From Escherichia coli (GTDB lineage: Bacteria; Pseudomonadota; Gammaproteobacteria; Enterobacterales; Enterobacteriaceae): a stretch of DNA of 64,000 nt. The translations under genes and the position numbers were made by a program. This document shows, one piece after another, positions 10,101-19,500 of the stretch (its first letter is position 1; every line of letters starts with the position of its first letter). Under the pieces are notes generated by a model. The model was not told where the DNA came from. It saw nothing but the letters and a program-made list of their open reading frames with translations, and did no database searches. The DNA lies in assembly GCF_002854065.1 (NCBI RefSeq), contig NZ_CP024153.1. One strand, given 5' to 3'.

Positions 10101-10598
10101 ATGAACTCGGAATCAGTACGCATTTATCTCGTTGCTGCGATGGGAGCCAATCGGGTTATTGGCAATGGTCCTAATATCCCCTGGAAAATTCCGGGTGAGC
10201 AGAAGATTTTTCGCAGACTCACTGAGGGAAAAGTCGTTGTCATGGGGCGAAAGACCTTTGAGTCTATCGGCAAGCCTCTACCGAACCGTCACACATTGGT
10301 AATCTCACGCCAAGCTAACTACCGCGCCACTGGCTGCGTAGTTGTTTCAACGCTGTCGCACGCTATCGCTTTGGCATCCGAACTCGGCAATGAACTCTAC
10401 GTCGCGGGCGGAGCTGAGATATACACTCTGGCACTACCTCACGCCCACGGCGTGTTTCTATCTGAGGTACATCAAACCTTCGAGGGTGACGCCTTCTTCC
10501 CAATGCTCAACGAAACAGAATTCGAGCTTGTCTCAACCGAAACCATTCAAGCTGTAATTCCGTACACCCACTCCGTTTATGCGCGTCGAAACGGCTAA
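10101..10598 (+). CDS. dfrA12: trimethoprim-resistant dihydrofolate reductase DfrA12 (gene cassette)
   Basis: 165-aa ORF MNSESVRIYLVAAMGANRVIGNGPNIPWKIPGEQKIFRRLTEGK... Confidence 0.93.
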   Translation: MNSESVRIYLVAAMGANRVIGNGPNIPWKIPGEQKIFRRLTEGKVVVMGRKTFESIGKPLPNRHTLVISRQANYRATGCVVVSTLSHAIALASELGNELYVAGGAEIYTLALPHAHGVFLSEVHQTFEGDAFFPMLNETEFELVSTETIQAVIPYTHSVYARRNG

Positions 10599-10709
10599 CC
10601 ATTCCGTCAACGGGACGCCAAAATGCTGCGCATTTTGGTTCCCTCCGCTGCGCTCCGGCTCTCGTTACGTCCAACGTTAGCACCACTGAAACCCAGCTTT
10701 ATTTAGCTC

Positions 10710-11000
10710 ATGTTTATTCAAACGGCATTTAGCTTTTCAGGCGTTATTCAGTGCCTGTTTTGCCTTTTTTCCGGGCTTCGCCTGCATGGGCTGCGCAGGT
10801 TTTCAGTCTTTTTGGCCTCTAGCCCTTGCGTAGCAAGCGCAAGCAGCTATCGTTTTTGCAGTGCTGTGCCGCCTCGGTGGCGCAGCGTTTTTTCACGGTT
10901 AGCGCCCGTCGCCAAATTCAAGTTATCCGTTTTGGCTTCTGGTTCTAACATTTCGGTCAAGCCGACCCGCATTCTGCGGTCGGCTTACCTCGCCCGTTAG
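10710..11000 (+). CDS. gcuF: gene cassette of unknown function gcuF (orfF)
   Basis: 96-aa ORF in the position of orfF in dfrA12-orfF-aadA2 arrays. Confidence 0.65.
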   Translation: MFIQTAFSFSGVIQCLFCLFSGLRLHGLRRFSVFLASSPCVASASSYRFCSAVPPRWRSVFSRLAPVAKFKLSVLASGSNISVKPTRILRSAYLAR

Positions 11001-11005
11001 ACATC

Positions 11006-11797
11006 ATGAGGGAAGCGGTGACCATCGAAATTTCGAACCAACTATCAGAGGTGCTAAGCGTCATTGAGCGCCATCTGGAATCAACGTTGCTGGCCGTGCA
11101 TTTGTACGGCTCCGCAGTGGATGGCGGCCTGAAGCCATACAGCGATATTGATTTGTTGGTTACTGTGGCCGTAAAGCTTGATGAAACGACGCGGCGAGCA
11201 TTGCTCAATGACCTTATGGAGGCTTCGGCTTTCCCTGGCGAGAGCGAGACGCTCCGCGCTATAGAAGTCACCCTTGTCGTGCATGACGACATCATCCCGT
11301 GGCGTTATCCGGCTAAGCGCGAGCTGCAATTTGGAGAATGGCAGCGCAATGACATTCTTGCGGGTATCTTCGAGCCAGCCATGATCGACATTGATCTAGC
11401 TATCCTGCTTACAAAAGCAAGAGAACATAGCGTTGCCTTGGTAGGTCCGGCAGCGGAGGAATTCTTTGACCCGGTTCCTGAACAGGATCTATTCGAGGCG
11501 CTGAGGGAAACCTTGAAGCTATGGAACTCGCAGCCCGACTGGGCCGGCGATGAGCGAAATGTAGTGCTTACGTTGTCCCGCATTTGGTACAGCGCAATAA
11601 CCGGCAAAATCGCGCCGAAGGATGTCGCTGCCGACTGGGCAATAAAACGCCTACCTGCCCAGTATCAGCCCGTCTTACTTGAAGCTAAGCAAGCTTATCT
11701 GGGACAAAAAGAAGATCACTTGGCCTCACGCGCAGATCACTTGGAAGAATTTATTCGCTTTGTGAAAGGCGAGATCATCAAGTCAGTTGGTAAATGA
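11006..11797 (+). CDS. aadA2: aminoglycoside nucleotidyltransferase ANT(3'')-Ia family, AadA2 (gene cassette)
   Basis: 263-aa ORF MREAVTIEISNQLSEVLSVIERHLESTLLAVHLYGSAVDGGLKPYSDIDLL... Confidence 0.92.
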   Translation: MREAVTIEISNQLSEVLSVIERHLESTLLAVHLYGSAVDGGLKPYSDIDLLVTVAVKLDETTRRALLNDLMEASAFPGESETLRAIEVTLVVHDDIIPWRYPAKRELQFGEWQRNDILAGIFEPAMIDIDLAILLTKAREHSVALVGPAAEEFFDPVPEQDLFEALRETLKLWNSQPDWAGDERNVVLTLSRIWYSAITGKIAPKDVAADWAIKRLPAQYQPVLLEAKQAYLGQKEDHLASRADHLEEFIRFVKGEIIKSVGK

Positions 11798-11851
11798 TGT
11801 CTAACAATTCGTTCAAGCCGACCGCGCTACGCGCGGCGGCTTAACTCCGGC

Positions 11852-11950
11852 GTTAGATGCACTAAGCACATAATTGCTCACAGCCAAACTATCAGGTCAA
11901 GTCTGCTTTTATTATTTTTAAGCGTGCATAATAAGCCCTACACAAATTGG
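11852..11950 (+). other. first ~100 bp of class 1 integron 3'-CS, then break (no qacEdelta1)
   Basis: sequence is the reverse complement of the stretch just upstream of qacEdelta1 (about 4570-4668) and of 7670-7768; diverges at 11951 into low-GC DNA. Confidence 0.7.
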
Positions 11951-12281
11951 GTAAAACCGCAAGAACTGTAATTATGAATTTGTCAGAAAACTATCCGTAC
12001 AAGGAAGTGTATGAAAAATGTCTGGTATAATAAAGATATCATCTTGAAAATCGAGTGTTGCTCTGTGGATAACTTGCAGGGTTTAATAAGTATCTTTACT
12101 CAAAAGTTGCAATCAATAATTTATTGAAAAAGATTGAAAGGTGGTGGTAAATAATGTTACAATGTGGGAGTATCAGTTTAAATTCTTCGTGAAATAGTGT
12201 TCTTTTAAGCTAATAAAAAATGCACGTGGAATTTAGGTCAAAGAAAAGTAAAGAAAAATTTATTTATGGAGGTAAAAAAGG

Positions 12282-12674
12282 ATGAGTCAAGTTGTTGATT
12301 TTTTAAATGAAGCAAAAACTTTTTATTTTGCAACCGTTGAAGGAGACCAGCCAAGGGTCAGACCGTTTAATGCAGCCATGGAGAGGAATGGCAAGGTCTA
12401 TCTTGGTACAACCAATCAGAAAAAAGTTTATCAGCAGTTATTGGCAAATTCAAAGGTGGAAGTCTCAGGTATGGCAAAAGGAAAATGGATTCGGCTCACC
12501 GGCGAAGCCGTAATTGATGATACCGTGGAAGCAAGGGAAGCAATGCTTGAAGCAAATCCGCCTTTGAGAGATTGGTATAGCGCTGATGATGGGAAATTCA
12601 CCGTATTTTATTTGAAAAACATGCAGGCAGTTTTATATTCCTTTACAGGAGATCCGGAGATATTAGATAATTAA
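12282..12674 (+). CDS. pyridoxamine 5'-phosphate oxidase-like (split-barrel FMN-binding) small protein, low-GC origin
   Basis: 130-aa ORF in AT-rich segment with strong upstream RBS (GGAGGTAAAAAAGG ATG); family assignment by sequence pattern only. Confidence 0.5.
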   Translation: MSQVVDFLNEAKTFYFATVEGDQPRVRPFNAAMERNGKVYLGTTNQKKVYQQLLANSKVEVSGMAKGKWIRLTGEAVIDDTVEAREAMLEANPPLRDWYSADDGKFTVFYLKNMQAVLYSFTGDPEILDN

Positions 12675-12710
12675 TCAAAACATGCAGCCCAGTGGTAGAA
12701 TGAACTGACC

Positions 12711-12755
12711 CCCATAAGTTAGACCAAAAATCTAACTTATGGGAGGTCATTTTTT
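12711..12755 (+). terminator. rho-independent terminator (CCATAAGTTAGA..TCTAACTTATGG stem plus T-run)
   Basis: perfect 12-bp stem and TTTTTT directly after the stop of the 12282..12674 gene. Confidence 0.65.
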
Positions 12756-12993
12756 ATGGCAAAATACAGTTATGAATTTAAGTTACAAGTTGTTCAAGCA
12801 TATTTAGATTTTTATTTTGTCCGTTTTGTCTAGCTTACCGAAAGCCAGACTCAGCAAGAATAAAATTTTTATTGTCTTTCGGTTTTCTAGTGTAACGGAC
12901 AAAACCACTCAAAATAAAAAAGATACAAGAGAGGTCTCTCGTATCTTTTATTCAGCAATCGCGCCCGATTGCTGAACAGATTAATAATAGATT

Positions 12994-13371
12994 TTAGCTT
13001 TTTATTTGTTGAAAAAAGCTAATCAAATTGTTGTCGGGATCAATTACTGCAAAGTCTCGTTCATCCCACCACTGATCTTTTAATGATGTATTGGGGTGCA
13101 AAATGCCCAAAGGCTTAATATGTTGATATAATTCATCAATTCCCTCTACTTCAATGCGGCAACTAGCAGTACCAGCAATAAACGACTCCGCACCTGTACA
13201 AACCGGTGAATCATTACTACGAGAGCGCCAGCCTTCATCACTTGCCTCCCATAGATGAATCCGAACCTCATTACACATTAGAACTGCGAATCCATCTTCA
13301 TGGTGAACCAAAGTGAAACCTAGTTTATCGCAATAAAAACCTATACTCTTTTTAATATCCCCGACTGGCAA
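12994..13371 (-). CDS. bleomycin-binding (glyoxalase-fold) resistance protein, Gram-positive BleO-like
   Basis: 125-aa ORF MPVGDIKKSIGFYCDKLGFTLVHHEDGFAVLMCNEVRIHLWEASDEGW...; low-GC; palindromic terminator TTCAGCAATCGCGCCCGATTGCTGAA downstream. Confidence 0.75.
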   Translation of the reverse strand: MPVGDIKKSIGFYCDKLGFTLVHHEDGFAVLMCNEVRIHLWEASDEGWRSRSNDSPVCTGAESFIAGTASCRIEVEGIDELYQHIKPLGILHPNTSLKDQWWDERDFAVIDPDNNLISFFQQIKS

Positions 13372-13467
13372 TGCCGGGATAGACTATTATTCTCCCCGGA
13401 GCCACTACGCTGACCCGGTTGATTTCAGAGGTAAGGGAAAAGGCGACGTTGCGCCTGTGGAACAAAC

Positions 13468-14289
13468 GGCACTGTTGCAAAGTTAGCGATGAGGCAGCCT
13501 TTTGTCTTATTCAAAGGCCTTACATTTCAAAAACTCTGCTTACCAGGCGCATTTCGCCCAGGGGATCACCATAATAAAATGCTGAGGCCTGGCCTTTGCG
13601 TAGTGCACGCATCACCTCAATACCTTTGATGGTGGCGTAAGCCGTCTTCATGGATTTAAATCCCAGCGTGGCGTTGATTATCCGTTTCAGTTTGCCATGA
13701 TCGCATTCAATCACGTTGTTCCGGTACTTAATCTGTCGGTGTTCAACGTCAGACGGGCACCGGCCTTCGCGTTTTGAGCAGAGCAAGCGCGCGACCATAG
13801 GCGGGCGCTTTATCCGTGTTGATGAATCGTGGGAATCTGCCACTTCTTCACGTTGTTGAGGATTTTACCCAGAAACCGGTATGCAGCTTTGCTGTTACGA
13901 CGGGAGGAGAGATAAAAATCGACAGTGCGGCCCCGGCTGTCGACGGCCCGGTACAGATACGCCCAGCGGCCATTGACCTTCACGTAGGTTTCATCCATGT
14001 GCCACGGGCAAAGATCGGAAGGGTTACGCCAGTACCAGCGCAGCCGTTTTTCCATTTCAGGCGCATAACGCTGAACCCAGCGGTAAATCGTGGAGTGATC
14101 GACATTCACTCCGCGTTCAGCCAGCATCTCCTGCAGCTCACGGTAACTGATGCCGTATTTGCAGTACCAGCGTACGGCCCACAGAATGATGTCACGCTGA
14201 AAATGCCGGCCTTTGAATGGGTTCATGTGCAGCTCCATCAGCAAAAGGGGATGATAAGTTTATCACCACCGACTATTTGCAACAGTGCC
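13468..14289 (-). mobile_element. IS26 copy with two internal 1-bp insertions (822 bp), Asn184 allele
   Basis: terminal inverted repeats intact; extra T near 13771 and extra A near 13832 relative to the copy at 18421. Confidence 0.92.
13520..14226 (-). pseudogene. tnpA: IS26 transposase gene split by frameshifts
   Basis: ORF track shows two overlapping pieces (13520..13843 and 13810..14244) instead of one 234-aa ORF. Confidence 0.85.
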
Positions 14290-14404
14290 TAAAAATCGAC
14301 CATACAGAGAGGGAAACCACCGGAGTGGTGGGAAAAGCAGAAAGGCTCACGTGGCATAAGGCGTGGACAATGGTATCGACTGGTTTTTCAATTTCCTATA
14401 CGTG
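14290..14404 (+). mobile_element. 115-bp terminal fragment of an IS1294-like (IS91-family) element
   Basis: reverse complement of 21141-21255, the transposase-distal end of the complete copy. Confidence 0.75.
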
Positions 14405-14465
14405 AACTATTGAAGTAATCAATCAAATTTTATAGGCTGATAGCCAAGTAACAACCACCAATGAT

Positions 14466-15929
14466 ATGCCAGGTAAAATCAGGGGACGTAAAATGAGTAC
14501 TCTTGATGTTCAGAAGCTCAAGGATGATGCCGTCGAATGGGCCTTAACTCATGGTGTTGCTTTCAAGGAATCGTCGTATTCCGCAGTGCATACCCCGTTT
14601 ACCCTGACACCAACACCTATCAGCCGTAAATCCTATCAGTACTTAAAGAATGCAACAGGAATACTCAGCAAATTAATCTATTCAGTTTCTGAGGATCATG
14701 ATTTTTTGTACTCTGCGATTTATCCCATCAAGGCCGGGAATGCCTTCTTTTCAGCCCTCCTGAACATGCATCAACAAATCCATTCATCATCAAGGCATGC
14801 TCCTCGATTACCATTACTCATTATGCGTAGCGACTTTATGGATGATAATCGTGATGGGTTCAGGCTTATAGAGTTCAATGGTATAGCTGCAGGAATGGGG
14901 CCGTTTGGTCAGCGGATACATGATCTGCATCACTATCTACAACGGCAATATCCCGCTGTCTTTTCTGATTTATCGAATCAGGCAACAGGGGCGCTTGTCG
15001 ACAATCAAGCGATCGAAGGGTTATCAGCAGCGATTTGTCAGGCAACTTGCAGAATTAAGCAGGAGTTCGGAGACCCCGGCCCTGCCAGGTTCCTGATGAT
15101 TGTGCAGGAGAATGAAAATAATGTGTTTGATCAACACTTGCTTGAGCTCGCCCTCCAGCAAAAAGGAATCGAAACGCATCGCAGGACTTTTCGTGAACTG
15201 CATAATCAATTGAGTACAGGCGCCGACAACAGGCTCATTCTCGAGGGTGTAGGCCCACTTGATACCGTCTACTTACGTGCCGGATATCAGTATTCTGATT
15301 ATGAAGCATTCAATATCGATGAGCAGGAGTGTTGTCAGGCGCTGATGGCGACCCGAGTATTCATTGAGCAGCACCGGGTTGCAGTGAACGCCACAGTTGG
15401 CCAGCAACTGGCGACCAGCAAGCGAGTACAAATGCTGCTCTCGCAATTGGGTTACGACGAGTTTGTCGCATTTGGATTAACACTGCAGGAAGCTAAAATA
15501 GCAAAAACGATACTGGGTGAGATGTTACCCATCAGCCCGGATAGTATCAACCTTGCAAAAGAGTCTCCTTCGGAAACCTGGGTTCTCAAAAATCAGGGTG
15601 AAGGCGGGGGGCATTGTCTGTTTGGTGCGGATATCCTGACAAAACTGACGGAACTCACTCCACAACAATATCAGTCCTGGTCGCTGATGCGCCGTTTACA
15701 CCCTCAGCCCCGAGCTATGCCCACCTTGATTGTGCGTAAAGGGGAGTTGCATAAGGTGAATGATTTGATAAGCGAACTTGGAATGTTCTCCGTGCAGACA
15801 GATAACAATCCCTCCAGTGCTGAGCACAGTTTTGCTGGATATCTAATTCGTAGCAAATCAGCTGAATCGACAGAGGGAGGGGTCCATAGTGGACAAGGTG
15901 TTTTAGACTCGCTGGTATACAGCGATTAG
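14466..15929 (+). CDS. eukaryotic-type glutathione synthetase family protein
   Basis: 487-aa ORF with motifs TPFTLTP, FRLIEFNGIAAGMGPFG, LMIVQENENNVFDQ, THRRTFREL, VLKNQGEGGGHCLFG, ISELGMFS collinear with eukaryotic GSH synthetase; alternative start at 14493. Confidence 0.75.
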   Translation: MPGKIRGRKMSTLDVQKLKDDAVEWALTHGVAFKESSYSAVHTPFTLTPTPISRKSYQYLKNATGILSKLIYSVSEDHDFLYSAIYPIKAGNAFFSALLNMHQQIHSSSRHAPRLPLLIMRSDFMDDNRDGFRLIEFNGIAAGMGPFGQRIHDLHHYLQRQYPAVFSDLSNQATGALVDNQAIEGLSAAICQATCRIKQEFGDPGPARFLMIVQENENNVFDQHLLELALQQKGIETHRRTFRELHNQLSTGADNRLILEGVGPLDTVYLRAGYQYSDYEAFNIDEQECCQALMATRVFIEQHRVAVNATVGQQLATSKRVQMLLSQLGYDEFVAFGLTLQEAKIAKTILGEMLPISPDSINLAKESPSETWVLKNQGEGGGHCLFGADILTKLTELTPQQYQSWSLMRRLHPQPRAMPTLIVRKGELHKVNDLISELGMFSVQTDNNPSSAEHSFAGYLIRSKSAESTEGGVHSGQGVLDSLVYSD

Positions 15930-16263
15930 TCCCTTTCAAGGGGGCTGAAATCTGGTTATATGAAAGCATGCGGTAAGTGGTGTTTTAGCCCCAGTGGAGA
16001 TGATGCTGTTTCTAGACTGAGTCGTAGTAAGCTAATAATAGTATTATAAATGAAGCCATGAGGGTATTTACAGGGCATATCTTATTAAGGGAACAACAGC
16101 AAAAACTGCTGCTATAAGAGGCTGCACCCAAAGTTCTTCAAGGTTCACATCATCGCTGCTGGGTCGATGCTGTTTCAGTTACGGGTCAATTTTCAATACC
16201 ATTAGCTGTTCCTGTGACTACGGTCATTACGCGCTGTCGACATCAATTTGTACAGCAAACAGT

Positions 16264-16280
16264 CTTAGCGTGGGATATTT
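16264..16280. repeat. inner 17 bp of a Tn21-subfamily 38-bp terminal inverted repeat (split by IS)
   Basis: CTTAGCGTGGGATATTT; joins with 17608-17628 to give GGGGTCCGCTTGGAAAACGGAAAATATCCCACGCTAAG. Confidence 0.7.
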
Positions 16281-17607
16281 AATGAGATGGTCACTCCCTC
16301 CTTCCCGGTACTATGCTGAGGATAGGCTTTCATTCGGAGAACTATCATGGAAAACATTGCGCTCATTGGTATCGATCTGGGTAAAAACTCTTTCCATATT
16401 CATTGCCAAGATCGTCGCGGCAAGGCTGTTTACCGTAAAAAATTTACACGGCCAAAGTTAATCGAATTTTTGGCGACATGCCCCGCTACAACCATCGCAA
16501 TGGAAGCCTGTGGTGGCTCTCACTTTATGGCACGCAAGTTGGAAGAGTTGGGGCATTTTCCTAAGCTGATATCACCACAATTTGTCCGTCCATTCGTTAA
16601 AAGTAACAAAAACGACTTTGTCGACGCCGAAGCTATTTGTGAAGCTGCATCGCGTCCGTCTATGCGTTTTGTACAGCCCAGAACTGAATCTCAGCAGGCA
16701 ATGCGTGCGCTGCATCGTGTCCGTGAATCCCTGGTTCAGGATAAGGTAAAAACAACCAATCAGATGCATGCTTTTCTGCTGGAATTTGGCATCAGCGTTC
16801 CACGAGGAGCTGCCGTTATTAGCCGACTGAGTACCCTTCTTGAGGACAATAGTTTGCCTCTATACCTCAGCCAGTTATTGCTGAAATTACAACAGCATTA
16901 TCACTATCTTGTTGAGCAGATTAAAGATTTGGAATCCCAGTTGAAACGAAAGTTGGACGAAGATGAGATTGGACAGCGCTTGCTGAGCATTCCCTGCGTC
17001 GGAACACTGACAGCGAGTACTATTTCAACTGAGATTGGCGACGGGAAGCAGTACGCCAGCAGTCGTGACTTTGCGGCGGCAACAGGGCTAGTGCCTCGAC
17101 AGTACAGCACGGGAGGTCGGACGACATTGCTGGGAATTAGTAAGCGAGGTAACAAAAAGATCCGAACTTTGTTGGTTCAATGTGCCAGGGTATTCATACA
17201 AAAACTGGAACACCAGTCTGGCAAATTGGCCGATTGGGTCAGGGATCTACTGTGTAGGAAAAGCAACTTTGTCGTCACTTGTGCTCTGGCAAACAAGCTG
17301 GCCAGAATAGCCTGGGCCCTAACGGCACGACAGCAAACTTATGTAGCATAACGGCAGAAATACACCGGTTTAAAGAATCACTGATCTGGTTTTGCGAATA
17401 CTGATATTGATGATACTAACGGCCCACCGGCCTGTTGAGGAACCTGTAAAACGGAAAGGCTCATTGAAGCCGTATATTTTCTGGAGGTTCATCAGGCGCG
17501 GAACTCATCGAGGCGCGGGAATAAAATCCCATTCAGACGCCGGATAGATTCAAGCAAGCCAATTTATCGTCAAAATCGGTGTTGCAAAAACGGGAGTGAC
17601 CATAGAT
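16281..17607 (+). mobile_element. IS110-family element, IS4321/IS5075-like (1327 bp) inserted in a 38-bp transposon IR
   Basis: subterminal inverted repeats ATGGTCACTCCC / GGGAGTGACCAT; flanked by the two halves of a 38-bp IR; no target duplication. Confidence 0.85.
16347..17351 (+). CDS. IS110-family (IS1111 group) transposase
   Basis: 334-aa ORF MENIALIGIDLGKNSFHIHCQD... Confidence 0.9.
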   Translation: MENIALIGIDLGKNSFHIHCQDRRGKAVYRKKFTRPKLIEFLATCPATTIAMEACGGSHFMARKLEELGHFPKLISPQFVRPFVKSNKNDFVDAEAICEAASRPSMRFVQPRTESQQAMRALHRVRESLVQDKVKTTNQMHAFLLEFGISVPRGAAVISRLSTLLEDNSLPLYLSQLLLKLQQHYHYLVEQIKDLESQLKRKLDEDEIGQRLLSIPCVGTLTASTISTEIGDGKQYASSRDFAAATGLVPRQYSTGGRTTLLGISKRGNKKIRTLLVQCARVFIQKLEHQSGKLADWVRDLLCRKSNFVVTCALANKLARIAWALTARQQTYVA

Positions 17608-17628
17608 TCCGTTTTCCAAGCGGACCCC
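17608..17628. repeat. outer 21 bp of the same 38-bp IR (outer end GGGG at 17625-17628)
   Basis: reverse complement reads GGGGTCCGCTTGGAAAACGGA. Confidence 0.7.
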
Positions 17629-17690
17629 GTGCTGTGTGGAAATCCGCCCACCTTGCCGGGCGCCGGTGCTGTGTGGAAATTCGCCCATCT
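17629..17690 (-). repeat. 1.6 units of the 37-bp repeat family (inverted relative to the large array at 53882-54970)
   Basis: GTGCTGTGTGGAAATCCGCCC ACCTTGCCGGGCGCCGGTGCTGTGTGGAAATTCGCCC. Confidence 0.8.
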
Positions 17691-17738
17691 TCATGACAAA
17701 AATTTGTCAAATGACAGGCTCATGTGTGCTGATTTATG

Positions 17739-18420
17739 TCAGACGGGATTTTGCTTATCAATTATTGAGAACAGAAATTTTCCTGAATCATCAATACTAT
17801 ACTTAGCAAGTAAAGGTGTTTTCTCATTTATCTGCTTGAGAGCAGGATCAAGGAAAGATCGTTTCAACTCTGCCAAGTTCTTCTGTTGGGATTCCGGCAA
17901 AAGGAAACGGTCATTTAACCAAGCATGAGTAGTAACCCATAAGCCTGAAGATTTGAATTGAGCAAGACTTTCATAAAGGCGGATCGTCCGTGGATTTCGA
18001 AGACTGCCACAATCGCGGAGCGAGTAGGTGGTGAACTGGTTCGTCAGGCCGTAAATGTACCGCAGGAGTTTATGGTTAAATTCGATTTCCCAGATACCAC
18101 GAGCTGATCGGCTGCCAGCCTCTGTTAGCCAGGGGCGCGCGACGCAGTCAAAACTCCCTTCTTTCGGGTAAAAGATTACCGCAGAACGGCTTAACTCAAA
18201 CACGCCTTCTTTAACATCCTTGATAGCCTGGTTACGGCTTACCTGAAAAATTTGCTGATAGTCAGCCACCTTTACTTTGAAAGTAGAGTCACCGAGTACA
18301 GCCATCTCATCATCATCTTCGCTTACTGAAGCTGTGAAATACGTCTGCATAAGACATAACCAGAGAACGCGCTTTGCTTTTAGCGAGAGGTAGTAAGCAG
18401 CTTCGGTAAGCTCGTTAGAC
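17739..18420 (-). pseudogene. RepE-like iteron-type replication initiator, N-terminal ~20 codons and promoter removed by IS26
   Basis: ORF 17739..18467 begins with IS26-derived codons then SNELTEAAYYLS...RLYESL, collinear with RepE-type initiators from about residue 22. Confidence 0.8.
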
Positions 18421-19240
18421 GGCACTGTTGCAAAGTTAGCGATGAGGCAGCCTTTTGTCTTATTCAAAGGCCTTACATTTCAAAAACTCTGCTTACCAGG
18501 CGCATTTCGCCCAGGGGATCACCATAATAAAATGCTGAGGCCTGGCCTTTGCGTAGTGCACGCATCACCTCAATACCTTTGATGGTGGCGTAAGCCGTCT
18601 TCATGGATTTAAATCCCAGCGTGGCGTTGATTATCCGTTTCAGTTTGCCATGATCGCATTCAATCACGTTGTTCCGGTACTTAATCTGTCGGTGTTCAAC
18701 GTCAGACGGGCACCGGCCTTCGCGTTTGAGCAGAGCAAGCGCGCGACCATAGGCGGGCGCTTTATCCGTGTTGATGAATCGTGGGATCTGCCACTTCTTC
18801 ACGTTGTTGAGGATTTTACCCAGAAACCGGTATGCAGCTTTGCTGTTACGACGGGAGGAGAGATAAAAATCGACAGTGCGGCCCCGGCTGTCGACGGCCC
18901 GGTACAGATACGCCCAGCGGCCATTGACCTTCACGTAGGTTTCATCCATGTGCCACGGGCAAAGATCGGAAGGGTTACGCCAGTACCAGCGCAGCCGTTT
19001 TTCCATTTCAGGCGCATAACGCTGAACCCAGCGGTAAATCGTGGAGTGATCGACATTCACTCCGCGTTCAGCCAGCATCTCCTGCAGCTCACGGTAACTG
19101 ATGCCGTATTTGCAGTACCAGCGTACGGCCCACAGAATGATGTCACGCTGAAAATGCCGGCCTTTGAATGGGTTCATGTGCAGCTCCATCAGCAAAAGGG
19201 GATGATAAGTTTATCACCACCGACTATTTGCAACAGTGCC
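18421..19240 (-). mobile_element. IS26 (820 bp, complete, Asn184 allele)
   Basis: terminal inverted repeats at 18421 and 19240. Confidence 0.97.
18473..19177 (-). CDS. tnpA: IS26 transposase, Gly184Asn allele
   Basis: ...HGKLKRIINATLGF... versus ...RIIGATLGF... in copies at 3226 and 8651. Confidence 0.95.
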   Translation of the reverse strand: MNPFKGRHFQRDIILWAVRWYCKYGISYRELQEMLAERGVNVDHSTIYRWVQRYAPEMEKRLRWYWRNPSDLCPWHMDETYVKVNGRWAYLYRAVDSRGRTVDFYLSSRRNSKAAYRFLGKILNNVKKWQIPRFINTDKAPAYGRALALLKREGRCPSDVEHRQIKYRNNVIECDHGKLKRIINATLGFKSMKTAYATIKGIEVMRALRKGQASAFYYGDPLGEMRLVSRVFEM

Positions 19241-19309
19241 GATTAGAGCACTATAAAGAACTAAAGAAATGAAGATACAAAGATACGAATATCTGAATAA
19301 AAACAGAAA

Positions 19310-19430
19310 AATGCGTACCCATCCACCTTTCAGTGCGTACCCATCCACCTTTCAGTGCGCAGCCATCCACCTTTCATGAAAATTACAGTGCGTACCCATC
19401 CACCTTTCAGTGCGTACCCATCCACCTTTC
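19310..19430. repeat. five 22-bp iterons (AGTGCGTACCCATCCACCTTTC) of the disrupted RepE-like replicon
   Basis: direct repeats read from sequence, four contiguous plus one after an 11-bp gap. Confidence 0.8.
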
Positions 19431-19500
19431 ATTTTGAGGCGACAAAAAACAACACCTATCTTAATGAAATTATTGATAAAAAAACTGGCACAATGTTTGC

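Noticed and set aside
18421..18467. N-terminus [16 protein letters not shown] of ORF 17739..18467
   Set aside because: Derived from the IS26 terminal inverted repeat, not part of the original Rep protein; the same peptide heads the spurious ORF 573..920.
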